64,000 bases of DNA. Source: Octopus sinensis. Its lineage: Eukaryota. The stretch lies in NCBI RefSeq assembly GCF_006345805.1, contig NC_043004.1, positions 30,938,001 to 31,002,000 of the forward strand, in the 5' to 3' direction. The notes beneath the pieces are model-generated. The model saw only the letters and a program-made list of their open reading frames with translations, was not told where the DNA came from and ran no database searches. The first letter of the stretch is position 1; each line of letters starts with the position of its first letter. A program made the position numbers and the translations under genes. Below, in pieces: positions 49,950-63,289 of the stretch.

Positions 49950-52900
49950 GAAAAAATAACTTTGGCTGTTAAGTACATTCTCGAGGAGAGAGTATTCTCT
50001 ACAACAGTAAGTAAAAAAACCCCACCAGATACAGTATTAAAAGCTAGGGTGATGAACCCACATACTGGCAGATTAACACCTGTCTATATGCTCTGGCTAC
50101 TGGTGTAAAACATTACATGAATGATATTTAAATCGTAAACAAAACCAAAATACCAAAGAAAGTACCATCATGTGTGTTGAAGACAGAGAAAAAGATAACT
50201 GGTTTACAGAAGACCATCAGTCATGTAATGATGCTTATTGCATGCAAACAAGCAAATCACTATACGTCACACCAACAGGAAGTAAAAAAGGAGAAAGAAG
50301 TGATGTTTGGAGACAGCAAAAAGAGGACACTTACTTGCAAACTGATTACCCTCAAGCAGGAGCTAGAAGCTGTCAATGAAAAACTCTGACAGAGAATAAC
50401 CAAGAGAAGAACAATAAACAAAAGCATTAACCGGAACCAGGCAGCAGTATACGGAGACATGAGAGGAGGAGCAGTGAACATCACAGAAGCTTCTTCATGA
50501 GAAGACATAGAATTCTTCTGGAGGAAAATCTGGAATGAATAGAAAGAGTTTAACCAAGATGCTCTGTGGCTGGAAGAAAACTGAAGAAGTTATTGCTCTT
50601 GCGTTACACCCAAGACATACAATATTGTTGATGAAACTCTTGCAACTATGATCCAGAAACTCTAGGATGGAAAGCACCTGGAAGAAACTTGATTGTTGGA
50701 TATTGGTACAAAAAGCTAACATTCTACGAACCATATCTTATCAATCTGTACCAGCAAGCTCTCACTGGAAGCCATAACATACCATACTGGTTAGCTCTGG
50801 CAGAAACAAAATTGATCCCCACATGCAGAACCACTCACAAGGCAAAAACCTACTGGCCAATTGCATGCCAGAACTTAATGTATAAACATGTTTAAGCATG
50901 TTTAAACCTCTTCCTCCAAGACCATTGTGAAACCAATAACATTATCACAGTAGAACAAGCACCTGGGAAGAAGGGAGTCTGGGGATGTGCCGAGCAATTG
51001 CTAATCAACAAAACTCTGTCAGAGATGCAAGAGCATATAAGGAACCTAGTTTCAATGTGGTTAAATTACAAAAAAGCCTTTGACTCTGTTCCCCACTCAT
51101 GGATGCTAGAAGCCCTTCAACTGGCTAAAGTTCCAGTGAGAATAGTCAAAGCCATAACTGACCTGACTTTATCATGGGCCACCATCTTGAAATTAAGCAC
51201 AAAGAGTGACTGTATTATCATCGATAGAATACAATATCGCAAAGGTATATCCCAAGGAGACAGCCTCTCTGTGATGTTATTTATACTTTCTGTAAACCCC
51301 TTGTCATTCATGTTTAGGAAGTCTGAAGGATATCTCACTGGTTCACAAAGAAACAGAAAAACCAAAATTACACACTGTTTCCCTTGTGGATGACTTAAAA
51401 CCTTATGCAAAGAATATGCATGAGATGTAAAAGAACCTTGGCCTAGTTACAACATTCTCAAAGAATATAGAGTTGGAGTTTGGACAGGATAAATGTTGTT
51501 ATATGGTTGTGAAAAGAGGGAAAACTATGAATCAGACTAGTAACATCTCCATCAATAGTTTGACCATTTCCTCTGTATCTGACGAGGAATGTTACAGGTA
51601 TCTAGCGGTGGATGAAAATATATCTTACAAAGGCAACATGTGTTACTAAAGAATATTACAGCTGAATAAAGAAAATTTGGACTCAGAACTCTGCATTCAA
51701 TAAAACTCTGGTTTCTCCTCACCCCGAGGAGATAAAGCATTCAGTAAAACAGTGGCCCACAATGTTTGCAGTGCCAGTACTCATACCAACATTTGGGCTA
51801 CTTGATTGGACACTTGAGGAGATCCAAGCCATTGATGCAGAAACCTAAAAAATACTAACAAGCACACATAATTTCCACATAAACAGTAATTTAGATTGCC
51901 TCTACCTAAAATGAAAACAAAACAGTAGAGACTCAACATTGATCCAAAATGCCTTTGAATGTTGCATCATATCTCTTCGGCAACATCTTTTAATCACCAA
52001 GTGTCAAAGTGCATCCCTTGACCAAGTTTGCATACATGAGGCTGATAACGTCATACGACTTGGAAGGCTGCTCTTTGAGTAACATTTTTTTGTCTGATAA
52101 CCTATAATGCATGCCCAAAGAAGTCGTATGTCTCTACCACAACGTATCATCAGATGAAAGTATGAGCCTGTATGAGCAGAAGATTATGCATGGAAACGTT
52201 AATAGAAAGCTCCATGATGATAGTAACATCAATCATCAAAGCAGTCTATCATGGACCAACAGCCTGATTACTACCTCCCACTTTGAAGGGTATGCATTTG
52301 CAATCCAAGAACAGGAAATATCAACCAAGTACTTGATGCACAAAAGGAATAGAGATGCAGGAAAAGCAATAAAATGTGACAACTAATGCATATTTTTGGA
52401 GTTCACACTGAAGATATCATCCACATCATAGTGTCATCATGGTATTATCTACTGATGAGACATGATGTTGTAGCTAGAACACTCTATAATGAAATCCGTT
52501 GGAAGGATAATCCTGAGGGCAAAGGAATAAGAACCCACATTATGGTAGAAGCCATAGCCACTCTTAATAAAAAGGAATACTGGTGGAATGTCCCTGTGAA
52601 GATCTCAATAAAATGTAAGCACAACACACCTGATATAATGATTTGGGATAGAGAAGAGAACTATGCACAGTTGTGGAAATTAGCTGCCCAGTGGACGTTA
52701 ACATAAAACTGAAGATCAGTGAAAAAGAGAACACCTATGCCGAACTATTGAGAAATCTGCTGTTAGTCTATCCAGATTACAAGTTCAGGTTTATACCTGT
52801 AATTATTGTGGCCCTGGGATATGTAACCCTAAATACTAATCTTGAGAAATTAGGCTTCTCAAAACCAGAAAGGATAAAGGTAATTCAAAGACTACAGATC

Positions 52901-53335
52901 CAATCCATCACTGGAACTGTAAAAATCTGTAAAACTTTCCAGAAGTTTATCATTTAAATATATATGAGCATGTCTAGATATGCAACTATATGCATGAGAA
53001 TACATACATAAAACATACAAATCTGCACATACATCCATCCATCCATTCATCCAGCTATCTATACATACATACATGCATTCATACATACATGCATGCATAC
53101 ATACATACAAGCATGCATGCATGCATGCATACATACATACATACATACATACATACATACATACATACATACATACATACATACATACATACATACATAC
53201 ATACATACATACATACAAGCAACAACACCTCGTTGTTGATGTTGCAATTCCAATGAAGGAGCCTTGGATCTAGGTTAGAAACCAGTTCTTTCTCTATTGC
53301 CAAGAAATCTTGAAATAAACTGAATCATGACATAC
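49950..53335 (+). mobile_element. Decayed R4/Dong-clade non-LTR retrotransposon, ~3.3 kb
   Basis: RT motifs EQLLIN, NYKKAFDSVPHSW, QGDSLS, VDDLK (~51386), FGQDKC; EGYAFAIQEQEI, knuckle and RHDVVA; RLE PDIMIWD...EISCP; 3'UTR with internal (CATA)n. Multiple stops and frameshifts. Confidence 0.92.
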
Positions 53336-53582
53336 ATACATACAGGGTGCATCATTTTTTTTTAAGACACCTATTTCAAGAGCTCTAACTTTCTACTAAC
53401 TTATTCGTTTACCTTACTTTTCAGATAAATAATTTCAGACATCAGGTATGATAGAGAGATTCCCAAGATTATATGCATCAGTTTGTTTTGAAATATAGTT
53501 TTTCCTTGATGAATTATGTGTCCTTTTCTAAATTCACACAAAATACCTCAAAAAGCTGCATGTATGTATGTATGTATGTGTG

Positions 53583-53668
<86 letters not shown>

Positions 53669-53688
53669 CCTACCTATCTATCTATCTA

Positions 53689-53746
<58 letters not shown>

Positions 53747-53751
53747 ATATA

Positions 53752-53945
53752 TGTGCAGGTGGCACATAAAAAGCACCCACTACACTCTCGGAGTGGTTGG
53801 CATTAGGAAGGGCATCCAGCTGTAGAAACACTGCCAGATCAGACTGGGCCTGGCGCAGCCTTCTGGCTTACCAGACCCCAGTTGAACCGTCCAACCCATG
53901 CTAGCATGGAAAACGGACTTTAAACGATGATGATGAGGATAATGA
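53752..53945 (+). mobile_element. RTE 3'UTR fragment
   Basis: GGTGGCACATAAAAAGCACCCACTACACTC...GGAAGGGCATCCAGCTGTAGAAAC...(GAT)n; similar pieces at 55555-55685 and 59745-59940. Confidence 0.85.
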
Positions 53946-54669
53946 TATATATATATATACATTAAGCTGTGTTGCAGTTACTGTTTATACCTCACTCAGA
54001 GATTTATTATTGTTATATATATATTGTTATGACAAAAGTATCCACTTTATCTCCCATATTATCCAGAGTTTACAATCATAATTTGTTATTATTCTACATG
54101 CACCTAGGATAATATAAAAACCTGGTGTAGATAAATCAGAGTTTTGCATAGCGAATATCAGAGTTTTATTCAATAGTATAAGATTTATTGCAGAACAGTA
54201 ATTGGAACCATCTAGACACAAAGATAAATTTTATATCTTAATTTTGTTTATCAGTCTAAATATCAGTGTATTCTGTTCTATATTTTGATTTTTTGTCCAC
54301 TAATTCCATGACTGGTTGAACTAAATTTGGAGTTTAGGATTGAAGTTTTTTTTGTGTTTTATTTTGTTTTAACTGTGATATGTCAGTGAAATACTTATAA
54401 AAGAACCTACATGAAGTATATGTTCTGTGGAATATGGTTTGATTTAGCAATCTCTTTGCATTTTTACCTGAAGAATAAATTTGACACACGAAAACTGAAA
54501 GAAACCTATTGTGTGAGCTGTGTATATGTATATGTATACATATATGTATATATATATGTATACATATATGTATATATATATGTATACATATATGTATATA
54601 TATATGTATACATATATATGTATATATATGTACATATCTATCTATCTATATGCATATATATATATATAT

Positions 54670-55003
54670 AAAGGGTAAAGACCCCCTTCGGTCATGAATG
54701 ACCATGGGATTGCACCTAGAAAGTTACCCTCCTAGACACAAGTCCGGGCAAGGTTGTTTATGGAAGGCTAGCAGTCGCCCATGCATACCAGCCTCCCCTC
54801 TCCACGCCACCAGTGTTATCCAAGGGAAAGACAAAGGTCGATACAGCTTGGCACCTGTGACGTCGCAACTCATTTCTACAGCTGAGTGAACTGGAGCAAC
54901 GTGAAATAAAGTGCCTTGCTCGAGAACACAACACGCAGCCCGGTCCGGGATTCGAGCTCACAACCTCACGATCGTAAGCTCGACGCTCTAACCACTGAGC
55001 CAT
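54670..55003 (-). mobile_element. Well-preserved tRNA-derived SINE family D (tRNA-Arg-like head)
   Basis: TGGCTCAGTGGTTAGAGCG...CTTACGAT...GCTCGAATCCC head followed by TGTGTTGTGTTCTCGAGCAAGGCACTTTATTTCACG. Confidence 0.9.
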
Positions 55004-55415
55004 AGGCGTAGGAGTGGCTGTGTGGTAAGTAGCTTGTTTACCAACCACATGGTTCCGGGTTCAGTCCCACTGCCTGGCACCTTGGGCAAGTGTCTTCTAC
55101 TATAGCCTCGGGCCGACCAAAGCCTTGTGAGTGGATTTGGTAGACGGAAACTGAAAGAAGCCTGTCGTATATATGTATATATATATATGCGTGTGTGTGT
55201 TTGTGTGTCTGTGTTTGTCCCCCTAGCATTGCTTGATAACCAATACTGGTGTGTTTATGTCCTCATTACTTAGCGGTTCGGCAAAAGAGACCGATAGAAT
55301 AAGTACTGGGCTTACAAAAGAATAAGTCCGGGGTCGAGTTGCTCGATTAAAAAAAGGCGGTGCTCCAGCATGGCCGCAGTCAAATCACTGAAACAACTAA
55401 AAGAGTAAAAGAGTA
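55004..55415 (+). mobile_element. Well-preserved SINE family B
   Basis: GGCTGTGTGGTAAG A-box, GGTTCAGTCCC B-box, CORE-like domain and complete tail. Confidence 0.9.
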
Positions 55416-55685
55416 ATATATATATATGTGCACATGTTTATGACTTCGTGTCTTGAGATTCCTTGATAAATGTAAATAAGTGTCAATACCATACAAACAG
55501 TGTCTCTCATTTCTTGTTTTCTGTGGAAACATGCCTGGTCATGGGAAAAATAGTACTTTGCTTGGAAACAAGTAAGGGTTGGTGCCAGGAAAGGCATCCA
55601 GCCATAGAAAATTTGCCTTAATGAACTTCATGAACCATCCAGTCATGGAAAACTGGACCTTAAAATGATGATGATGATGATGATG

Positions 55686-55759
<74 letters not shown>

Positions 55760-55996
55760 TGTTTCTTTTCTGTCACAAAAACTTTTAAATGATCAATACA
55801 CCATTGTGTCATAAATGCATATATGTTTCTTTATATGTAAGCTAAACAAGGTTACATATCTGAAACCATGGTTTCATTTAGTTGTTGCTTTGGCTAATTG
55901 TAAACATGAGCCAAGTAAGAAGGAATGACAAAATACGCTTACTGTATTATACAGTAAGCAAGGGGTCTCGACTGTCAATTATTATTATTATTATTA

Positions 55997-56029
<33 letters not shown>

Positions 56030-56034
<5 letters not shown>

Positions 56035-56133
56035 AAGTTTTATTTTTATAGCATGCTTTCACTTTACTACCGAGCGCAACTCTGTGTGCTTTGGGTTTGT
56101 GTTGTGGTTTGCTGTGATGCTCTTATGGTTACT

Positions 56134-56135
<2 letters not shown>
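56030..56135 (-). mobile_element. Dong-like LINE 3'UTR in (TAA)n
   Basis: Diverged homolog of the 3'UTR at 56720-56830. Confidence 0.75.
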
Positions 56136-56175
<40 letters not shown>

Positions 56176-56669
56176 TATAATTATTATTATTATCATCCTC
56201 TTCTTTCAATTTTGTTTCCATTTTTTGGCAAGTACCTTCCCAACATCTAAGGCAAAGAGACTCATTGTATGCATTGGTAGGCCATTAAAATAAACACACC
56301 AGATTGTTCATTTACAAAGTTATGTGGTAGAAAAAAAAGAAAGAAAGAAAAAAGCAAGGAAGAAAGAAAGAAAAAAGAGAAGAGAGAAAGAAGGAAAAAA
56401 GAGAAAGAAGGAAAAAGAAAAAAGAAAGAAAGGAAGAAAAGAAAGAAGAAACATTTTTAAAATTAGAAAAAAAATGGAAGAAAGGAAACAGAAAATAAAG
56501 GGGGAAAAAAGGAAAGAAAATTCACAGACAGCAACAATGCTCTTCTCAATACATGTGACATACCAGTTAAATCAATCTTTTAAACTTCTTGCATGGATGT
56601 CAAGCCAGGGATCATCTTCAAATAATTCTCATTTATTATCATTATTATCATAATTATTATTATTATTAC

Positions 56670-56719
<50 letters not shown>

Positions 56720-56724
<5 letters not shown>

Positions 56725-56938
56725 TAGTTTTATTTTTATTTTTATAGCGTGCTTTCACTTCACTACCGAGCGCAGCTCTGTGTGCCTTGGGTATGTGCTG
56801 TGATTTGTTGTGATGCTCTGATGGTTATTGTATGGAAAGTGTTCTGCGTAGGATGTGTGCAGTGCCTAGTAGTGCAATTTTCTGTATGTTATATGTGTTT
56901 GTAAGTCCTGGTGTTTTTGTTATGTATTTGTCTGAATA

Positions 56939-56984
<46 letters not shown>

Positions 56985-57198
56985 TAGTTTTATTTTATAG
57001 CGTGCTTTCACTTCACTACCGAGCGCAGCTCTGTGTGCCTTGGGTATGTGCTGTGATTTGTTGTGATGCTCTGATGGTTATTGTATGGAAAGTGTTCTGC
57101 GTAGGATGTGTGCAGTGCCTAGTAGTGCAATTTTCTGTATGTTATATGTGTTTGTAAGTCCTGGTGTTTTTGTTATGTATTTGTCTGAATATTTTTTT
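56720..57198 (-). mobile_element. Two tandem, near-identical Dong-like LINE 3' ends in (TAA)n
   Basis: Units 56720-56945 and 56980-57198; each reads KYITKTPGLTNTYNIQKIALLGTAHILRRTLSIQ* plus 3'UTR and (TAA)n tail. Confidence 0.9.
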
Positions 57199-57234
57199 AT
57201 TATTATTATATTATTATTATTATTATCATTATTA

Positions 57235-57302
<68 letters not shown>

Positions 57303-57304
<2 letters not shown>

Positions 57305-57691
57305 GAGTGAGAGAGCAGTGCATGCCATCAAAGTGACACTGGGATAGAATATACAAAGCCCAGCATACCCATCATGACTACCCGTCTGATAAGGGTGCAC
57401 CAGGCACATGCATCACAACCATATGTGCGTGACATGGTGATCTTATATCAAGATAAACAGCACATGACCTTGCAGGTGGGGCCCAGTTAGAATTTTCTTC
57501 AGGTTGAGTAGCCCATCCCGCTCAAAAGGTCCCTGAATAAGGGTTGTTTAAGGATGTTGAAAGAACCAGCCATATTTCCAGAGGTGAATTATTCAAACCC
57601 CAAAGAATCCCTCTCAACACATGGTTATGATGTTCCCCGCTACTTCTGCTTGTGATCAGAGATGCACATATCGTCAGCCACTAAGGGACAT
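57303..57691 (-). mobile_element. Family E retroposon, 5'-truncated
   Basis: Aligns to 42648-43035; TAA-type flanks. Confidence 0.85.
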
Positions 57692-57713
57692 TACTATTAC
57701 TATTATTATTATT

Positions 57714-57935
57714 AAGGTGGTGAACTGGCAGAATTGTTAGCATGCTGGACGAAATGCTTAGCGGTATTTTGCCCATTGCTACTTTCTCAGTTCAAATCCC
57801 ACTGAGGTTGACTTTGCTTTCATCTTTTTGGGGTCGATGAATGAAGAGCCAGTGAAACACTGAGGCCAATGTAATCAACTAGTCCATTCTACCCTCCCCT
57901 CCCCCAAAATTTTGGGCCTTGTGCCTATAGCAGAA
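57714..57935 (+). mobile_element. SINE family A in (TAT)n
   Basis: GGTGGTGAACTGGCAGAA head, CAGTTCAAATCCC, Nin-like domain. Confidence 0.85.
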
Positions 57936-57961
57936 ATTATTATTATTATTATTATTATCAT

Positions 57962-58004
<43 letters not shown>

Positions 58005-58034
58005 TGTGGTGGTGGTGGTGGTGGTGGTGGTGTG

Positions 58035-58076
<42 letters not shown>

Positions 58077-58489
58077 TTCAACATGCATCAGTGGGGAATG
58101 TTTTCAAGTGCACAGAAAAGAATTTGTACATATGTCAGCAGGTTAGAATATATTTATTTTGTTGACGACTGAAGACACTTAGCAAATATGAACTTTCTCT
58201 GTAAATTACCACAATATTATCACAACAACAAAGATCATGACATTCCAATCTATTTTAAAATGCACATGCCTTATCTAGCATTGCCCATATTAATCTGGTG
58301 ATTTCTCCTTTATCTCTTAATCTCCAAATATCTTTCATAAATAACACGCTAGGCAAAATACCTTTTCTTTATAATTAGATACATTTATGATCATAGTTTA
58401 AATCTCATTTCAATTTACTATAAATCCCATTTTTTTTTTCAATAGACTAAATATCTTTAGGTTCCCCATTTTACTGTCAGTGGGAAGTA

Positions 58490-59010
58490 GTTTTGAATGG
58501 GAAGGTTTTGTGCCAGGTGATGAGAGGTTAAATTATGATGAAGAGACTGCAACAGTTGTCTTGCTGTAGAGGAGGTACGTGGCTACCCCAGTTGAAAAAA
58601 GAGGGAGGAGAGAGAGTGTGAGATGGTGAAGATGTGTTGGTATACTCTAAATTTACAGGGAGGTGTATATTAATGAAGTGGTATAGGCGGTAGCATTCGC
58701 GTTGCCCCGCGCCGGCCACTGCCGTCACCGTTGGATAGGGTTATTGGGTGGGTAAGCACACAAGAGCACAACAGGAGAGTGAGAGATGGAGGGGAGGGGA
58801 ATACAATGAATGAACATGAGTGGAAAGAGGGGCGTTAGGAGAATATGATGTGGGGTTAGAGATTTGTCAGGGACAGATTGCTTGCAGGTAAGTTCACAAA
58901 TGTATGAAAAAAGAGTGGGAGATAGAGTGAAGTGAGTGTAGTGGAACAATGAACATGGATTTGGAGAGAGGGTATCAAAAAGATGTGTCATGGAGGAAAG
59001 ATTTGTCAAG
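58490..59010 (-). repeat. Unclassified purine-skewed repeat (homolog of 38150-38900)
   Basis: Shared TCAACTG.GGTAGCCA block and CTGGCACAAA end. Confidence 0.5.
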
Positions 59011-59988
59011 GAGTATATATATGTTTGTGTGTTGTAATTTACAAAATATTTTGTAAATTATTTATGAATTTAACCTTTAAAGGTATTTTTTGATATGCTG
59101 GCCATTGATAAAAATTTTTTCCCGAAAAAATTTTATCCTACATTAGTTATAAATTGAATAGTGTTCACTTCCAGATTCTCTCACTCTGTGAAAGTTTCTA
59201 GTTCGAATCACACGTGTCTCGAGATGTGCCAAAGTTTTTCTATTTTGGATATATTTGGGGTACTTAGGTCTTCTCAGGACTTAGTACTTGCTTTTTCCAT
59301 GGGTATGAGTAAGTATTTCACTTATATCCCACGTATATTGCTGAAGAGGGGAAAATTCTTATGAATTAACCCCGAAATTGGACCAATATGGTAATAACGG
59401 ATTTTTTAGAAATTTCTATCGGTTTGTTTCGAGATGCATAAATTATAATGGTTATTGACAATTTTTGTCTTTTTTTCGGCATATTTGGCATTAGAATTTT
59501 TCTTTTGCCCTTATTTTGTAAATTATACATATTTATGTATACATATACATATTTATACATATATATATATGTATGTATACATGTAAGATTCTTTATCATT
59601 ACTTCAAATAACGCTTCTCATTAAATTACAAATCTTCCAGTTTATTCTTGTACTGTTCTTTTCATGTTTATTTTAGTGTGAAAGTTACAGGCAGTCAAGT
59701 CTGGCTAGAAGAACTTGTTTATATATGTGAGTTTACATATGTGCGTGTGCTGGTGCCATGTAAAAAGCACCCAGTACACTCTGTGGATTGATTGGCATAA
59801 CGAAGGGCATCAAGCCATAGAAACTATGCCAGAACAGACAATGGAGCCTGGTGCTTCCCCTAGCCTTACCAATTCTAATCAAACTGGCCAATCCATACCA
59901 GCAAGGAAAATGGACATTAAATGATGATGATGATGATGATGATACACACACATACATGATATATATATGTATATATATATATATATAT

Positions 59989-60019
<31 letters not shown>

Positions 60020-60267
60020 TACATATATATATACACATATATACATACATACACACATACATATATGTATGTATCTGAATGTGAGTGTGCGCATGTGTGT
60101 GTTTGTATGTGTGTTTGTGTCTGTGTGTGCGTGTGTGTTTGTGTGTGTACATGTGTGTGTGTGTGTGTGTGCATGCGTGCATGAATGCACATTGACAGAC
60201 AGACAGACAGAGAGACACAAAGAAAGAAAAAAGATACATAGAAAGATATGTTTCCATATATATATAG

Positions 60268-60298
<31 letters not shown>

Positions 60299-60999
60299 GA
60301 AAGAGATGTGTTTACAAGTGGTATTTTACGTGGTAGGTAACGATAGGAACAAAGGAAAGGAGAACTCAGTCACTTGGAGTACTTATTCAGTGGAGGTTTA
60401 TAGTTCCAGTTTAAAGTATTCTATTGCTCAGAGTTTCATGTCTGTGGCCTTGGAGGTTATAGAAACTATTCCCTCATCTAAAGCAAAGGCTGCTGTTTCC
60501 ACAATTTAACTATTGATATTTATTCTGTTCTCCACTATAAAATCTGATATGTAACAGACTTAAACAATATCAAGACAGATCAACAAGCTTATTTATACAA
60601 TGGTAATGTTGTTCATTCATGTATAGAATTTTTGTTTTACTTATGTGTATCTCTTGTAATAACTATCATGTACTTGTGGTGTGTGTATGGCTCTGGCATA
60701 TCAAAGAGCTGTTTATAACACAAGAATCATGGTCTGGGTGACATCTGGCCAGCATTAAGATTATCAAAGCAGATAAAACATTTAATAACTTTTGAGGTCA
60801 GATAGCAAAAGACTTAGAATTCTTTACCAGTTTATTATAATGTTTATTTGCCAAAACTGTACCTTTTTATACAATCATACTTCATAGTCTGGAGAATGAA
60901 CAGAAATAAAGCTTGTTGATTTTTCTATTGTGAAAATCTGTTTAAAAACTGATTTCAAACTGTAATCAGTGGGGAATGGAATAAATATCATTGTCTAAA

Positions 61000-61177
61000 T
61001 CATTGGTTCTTAACCATTTTAAACCTATGGGCTCCTTTTGATTTCTCTTTTACTGTATTGAACCCTCATAGCCATTCAATGTTTAAATAAAATCCTATCA
61101 TATTTTCATAACTGAATATTGTTAGGAATTATATGAAAAAATTGTTGAAATATTGTGTATTGTAGAGGTATAACCAG
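61000..61177 (+). mobile_element. hAT-like MITE, right part missing
   Basis: TTGGTTCTTAACC start and CCCTCATA.CCATTCAATGTTT shared with 13430-13620; interrupted by the LTR. Confidence 0.5.
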
Positions 61178-61962
61178 TGTAAGGACGACTGCACAGGAGA
61201 GGTGACGAATGGATGACTCCTTTAATACACCTCATAGTCGCTTACAATAAAAGCAAAAAAGGATAAATGAGTACAAGTGCCAAAAGGAAAAGAAAGACAC
61301 AACCGATAGAAGGTTTAAGAGAAGATTATATTTAGGTGTTAACATGTATGTCTGTGTATTCGGCATAAGTACATATATAATAATAACAATAGACAGGCCA
61401 TCATGTATACATAATGTGTATGTGTGTGAGATAAAATACGGAGCATAGAAAGAGTCTATAACAGGACGTTAGAAGAATGTTCAGACACAAGATAAATACC
61501 AGTTCGTAGTAAGGTACACAATAGTTGAAGTGCTGTAACAAGAAGTTGTGGCAAAGAAGCAGAGCTGGTTGAAGCATATGTCGTGTAAGAAGTTGTGGCT
61601 ACTATGCCACTGCCGGTCACTTGATACAGGAAGATCTCACAGGTTGTACTTGCAGTTAACCATGGTGAAGTAACTCGCGAATAGTGTTGAGATAGAACCT
61701 GGGTGTACATAGAGAGATGTTGTTGACATTAAGACAAAGGCGACAGAGATGGAGGTCCTGATGCTGCTTGACGAAGTTGAGTCTCCATGTGAGCTGCTGG
61801 TGTTGTCTGTCGCTGGAACTGGCTGTGTGCTCTGTGGTCAGTGGTTAGACCTTAGAAGGTCTAGAACCAAAGACTTCAACTCAATGAATCACTGAAGTTT
61901 TATAGCAAGCTATCGGCGCAGACGGAGATTTAGAAAAGACTGTGTCACTGGACCTTATCACA
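61178..61962 (-). mobile_element. Solo LTR
   Basis: TG...CA ends with short inverted termini (TGTAAGG / CCTTATCACA); minus-strand CTATAAAA (61898-61905) and ATTAAA (61221-61226) in LTR order; no TSD. Confidence 0.7.
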
Positions 61963-62665
61963 AGGAAGATTTCTGCCAGGATCAGATGGTGAACACACAG
62001 AACAACCTTTGGTTTGCCATATCACCAAAACATGTACCGAAAATGATAAAAATCAAACAACCAGTCAACATCATGGTGTTTGGAGTGATTACTTGTGATG
62101 ACAATGTTATGTCTCCATTCATCTTCCCACTCAGCCTTAGACACAACGTGGAAGCCTACATTAAGTGCCTGGAGGAAGTAGTACTGCTCTGGGTCAAGAG
62201 GGTAGCTGCAGGAAGACCCTATGTCTGGCAACAGGATATTGCACCATGCCACACAAGCAAGAGAACCCTGTTATGGAAGTCAGACAATTTCTGCAACTAC
62301 ACCACCCCTAACACATGGCCATCTAACTCCCCAAACTGTAACCCCACTCCCCTGATTATTATGTGTAGGGTGCAGTTGAGCATGAGATCAGCAAACTCCT
62401 TGAAACTCCAAAAATGAACTGAAGGCAACGATTATGACAGCATTGACCAACTTAAACAAGGAGACCATCCAGAAGACTTGCAGGAGATTCCAAAGTTGTC
62501 TGGAGGCTGAGGTTGAAGCCAATAGTGATTTTATTGAATAAATTTACTCTTTAGTATTTCAAGATATTTCTATGTAATTTTGGTAAATAGATCTGTTAAA
62601 ATGAGATGTCAGTGTTATTTTCATTTTTGCATTATTTAGATGACAATTCATTCACAGCACACCTG
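61963..62665 (+). mobile_element. maT/mori (DD37D) transposon 3' half
   Basis: FCQDQMVNTQN, IMVFGVITCD, YVWQQDIAPCHTS, WPSNSPNCNP(LDY after a frameshift), 37-residue spacing; 3' TIR ...CACAGCACACCTG|TA. Confidence 0.85.
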
Positions 62666-63057
62666 TATAGATTCATACATATCTGCATACATACATGCAT
62701 ACATACATACATACATACATACATACATACATGCATACATGCATTCATGTATGCATGCATGCATGCATACATACATACATACATACATACATACATGCAT
62801 TCATGTATGCATGCATGCATGCATGCATACATACATACATACATACATACATACATACATACATACATACATACATACATACATACATACATCCCTTAAG
62901 TTCATTTACTGGAAACGTTTTTGAGTATGCATATAAAAGCTCCAGTTTTATTATGTCAGCTACGGCCTAATGATATTAACTTGCAATAACAGTTTTATGG
63001 GATTGTAGTGAGCTGTGCTGATATAATCTAGGATAAATATAGTAATAATCATAATAA

Positions 63058-63272
63058 TGATTTCAGATTTTCGCACAAGGCCAGCAATTTGGGGGGAGGG
63101 GATAAGTCGATTATATCGACCCTAGCATTCAACTGGTACTTACTTTATGGACCCCAAAAGGATGAAAGGCAAACTTGACCTTGGTGAAATTTGAACTCAG
63201 AGCATTAAGACAGACAAACTGTTGCTAAGCATTTCACCCAGCATGCTAATGGTTCTGCCAACTTGCTGCCTT
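63058..63272 (-). mobile_element. SINE family A monomer
   Basis: Head, B-box, Nin-like domain, (TAA)n flank. Confidence 0.85.
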
Positions 63273-63289
63273 GTAATAATAATAATAAT

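Noticed and set aside
54940-55003. Genuine tRNA gene
   Set aside because: No acceptor stem or T-run terminator; it continues directly into a SINE body.
55937-55959. 10 bp perfect hairpin GCTTACTGTA/TACAGTAAGC
   Set aside because: Single short palindrome with no supporting context; could be chance in 64 kb.
58686-58790. HDV-like ribozyme
   Set aside because: Only J4/2-like text matches; no P1 partner or L3 sequence.
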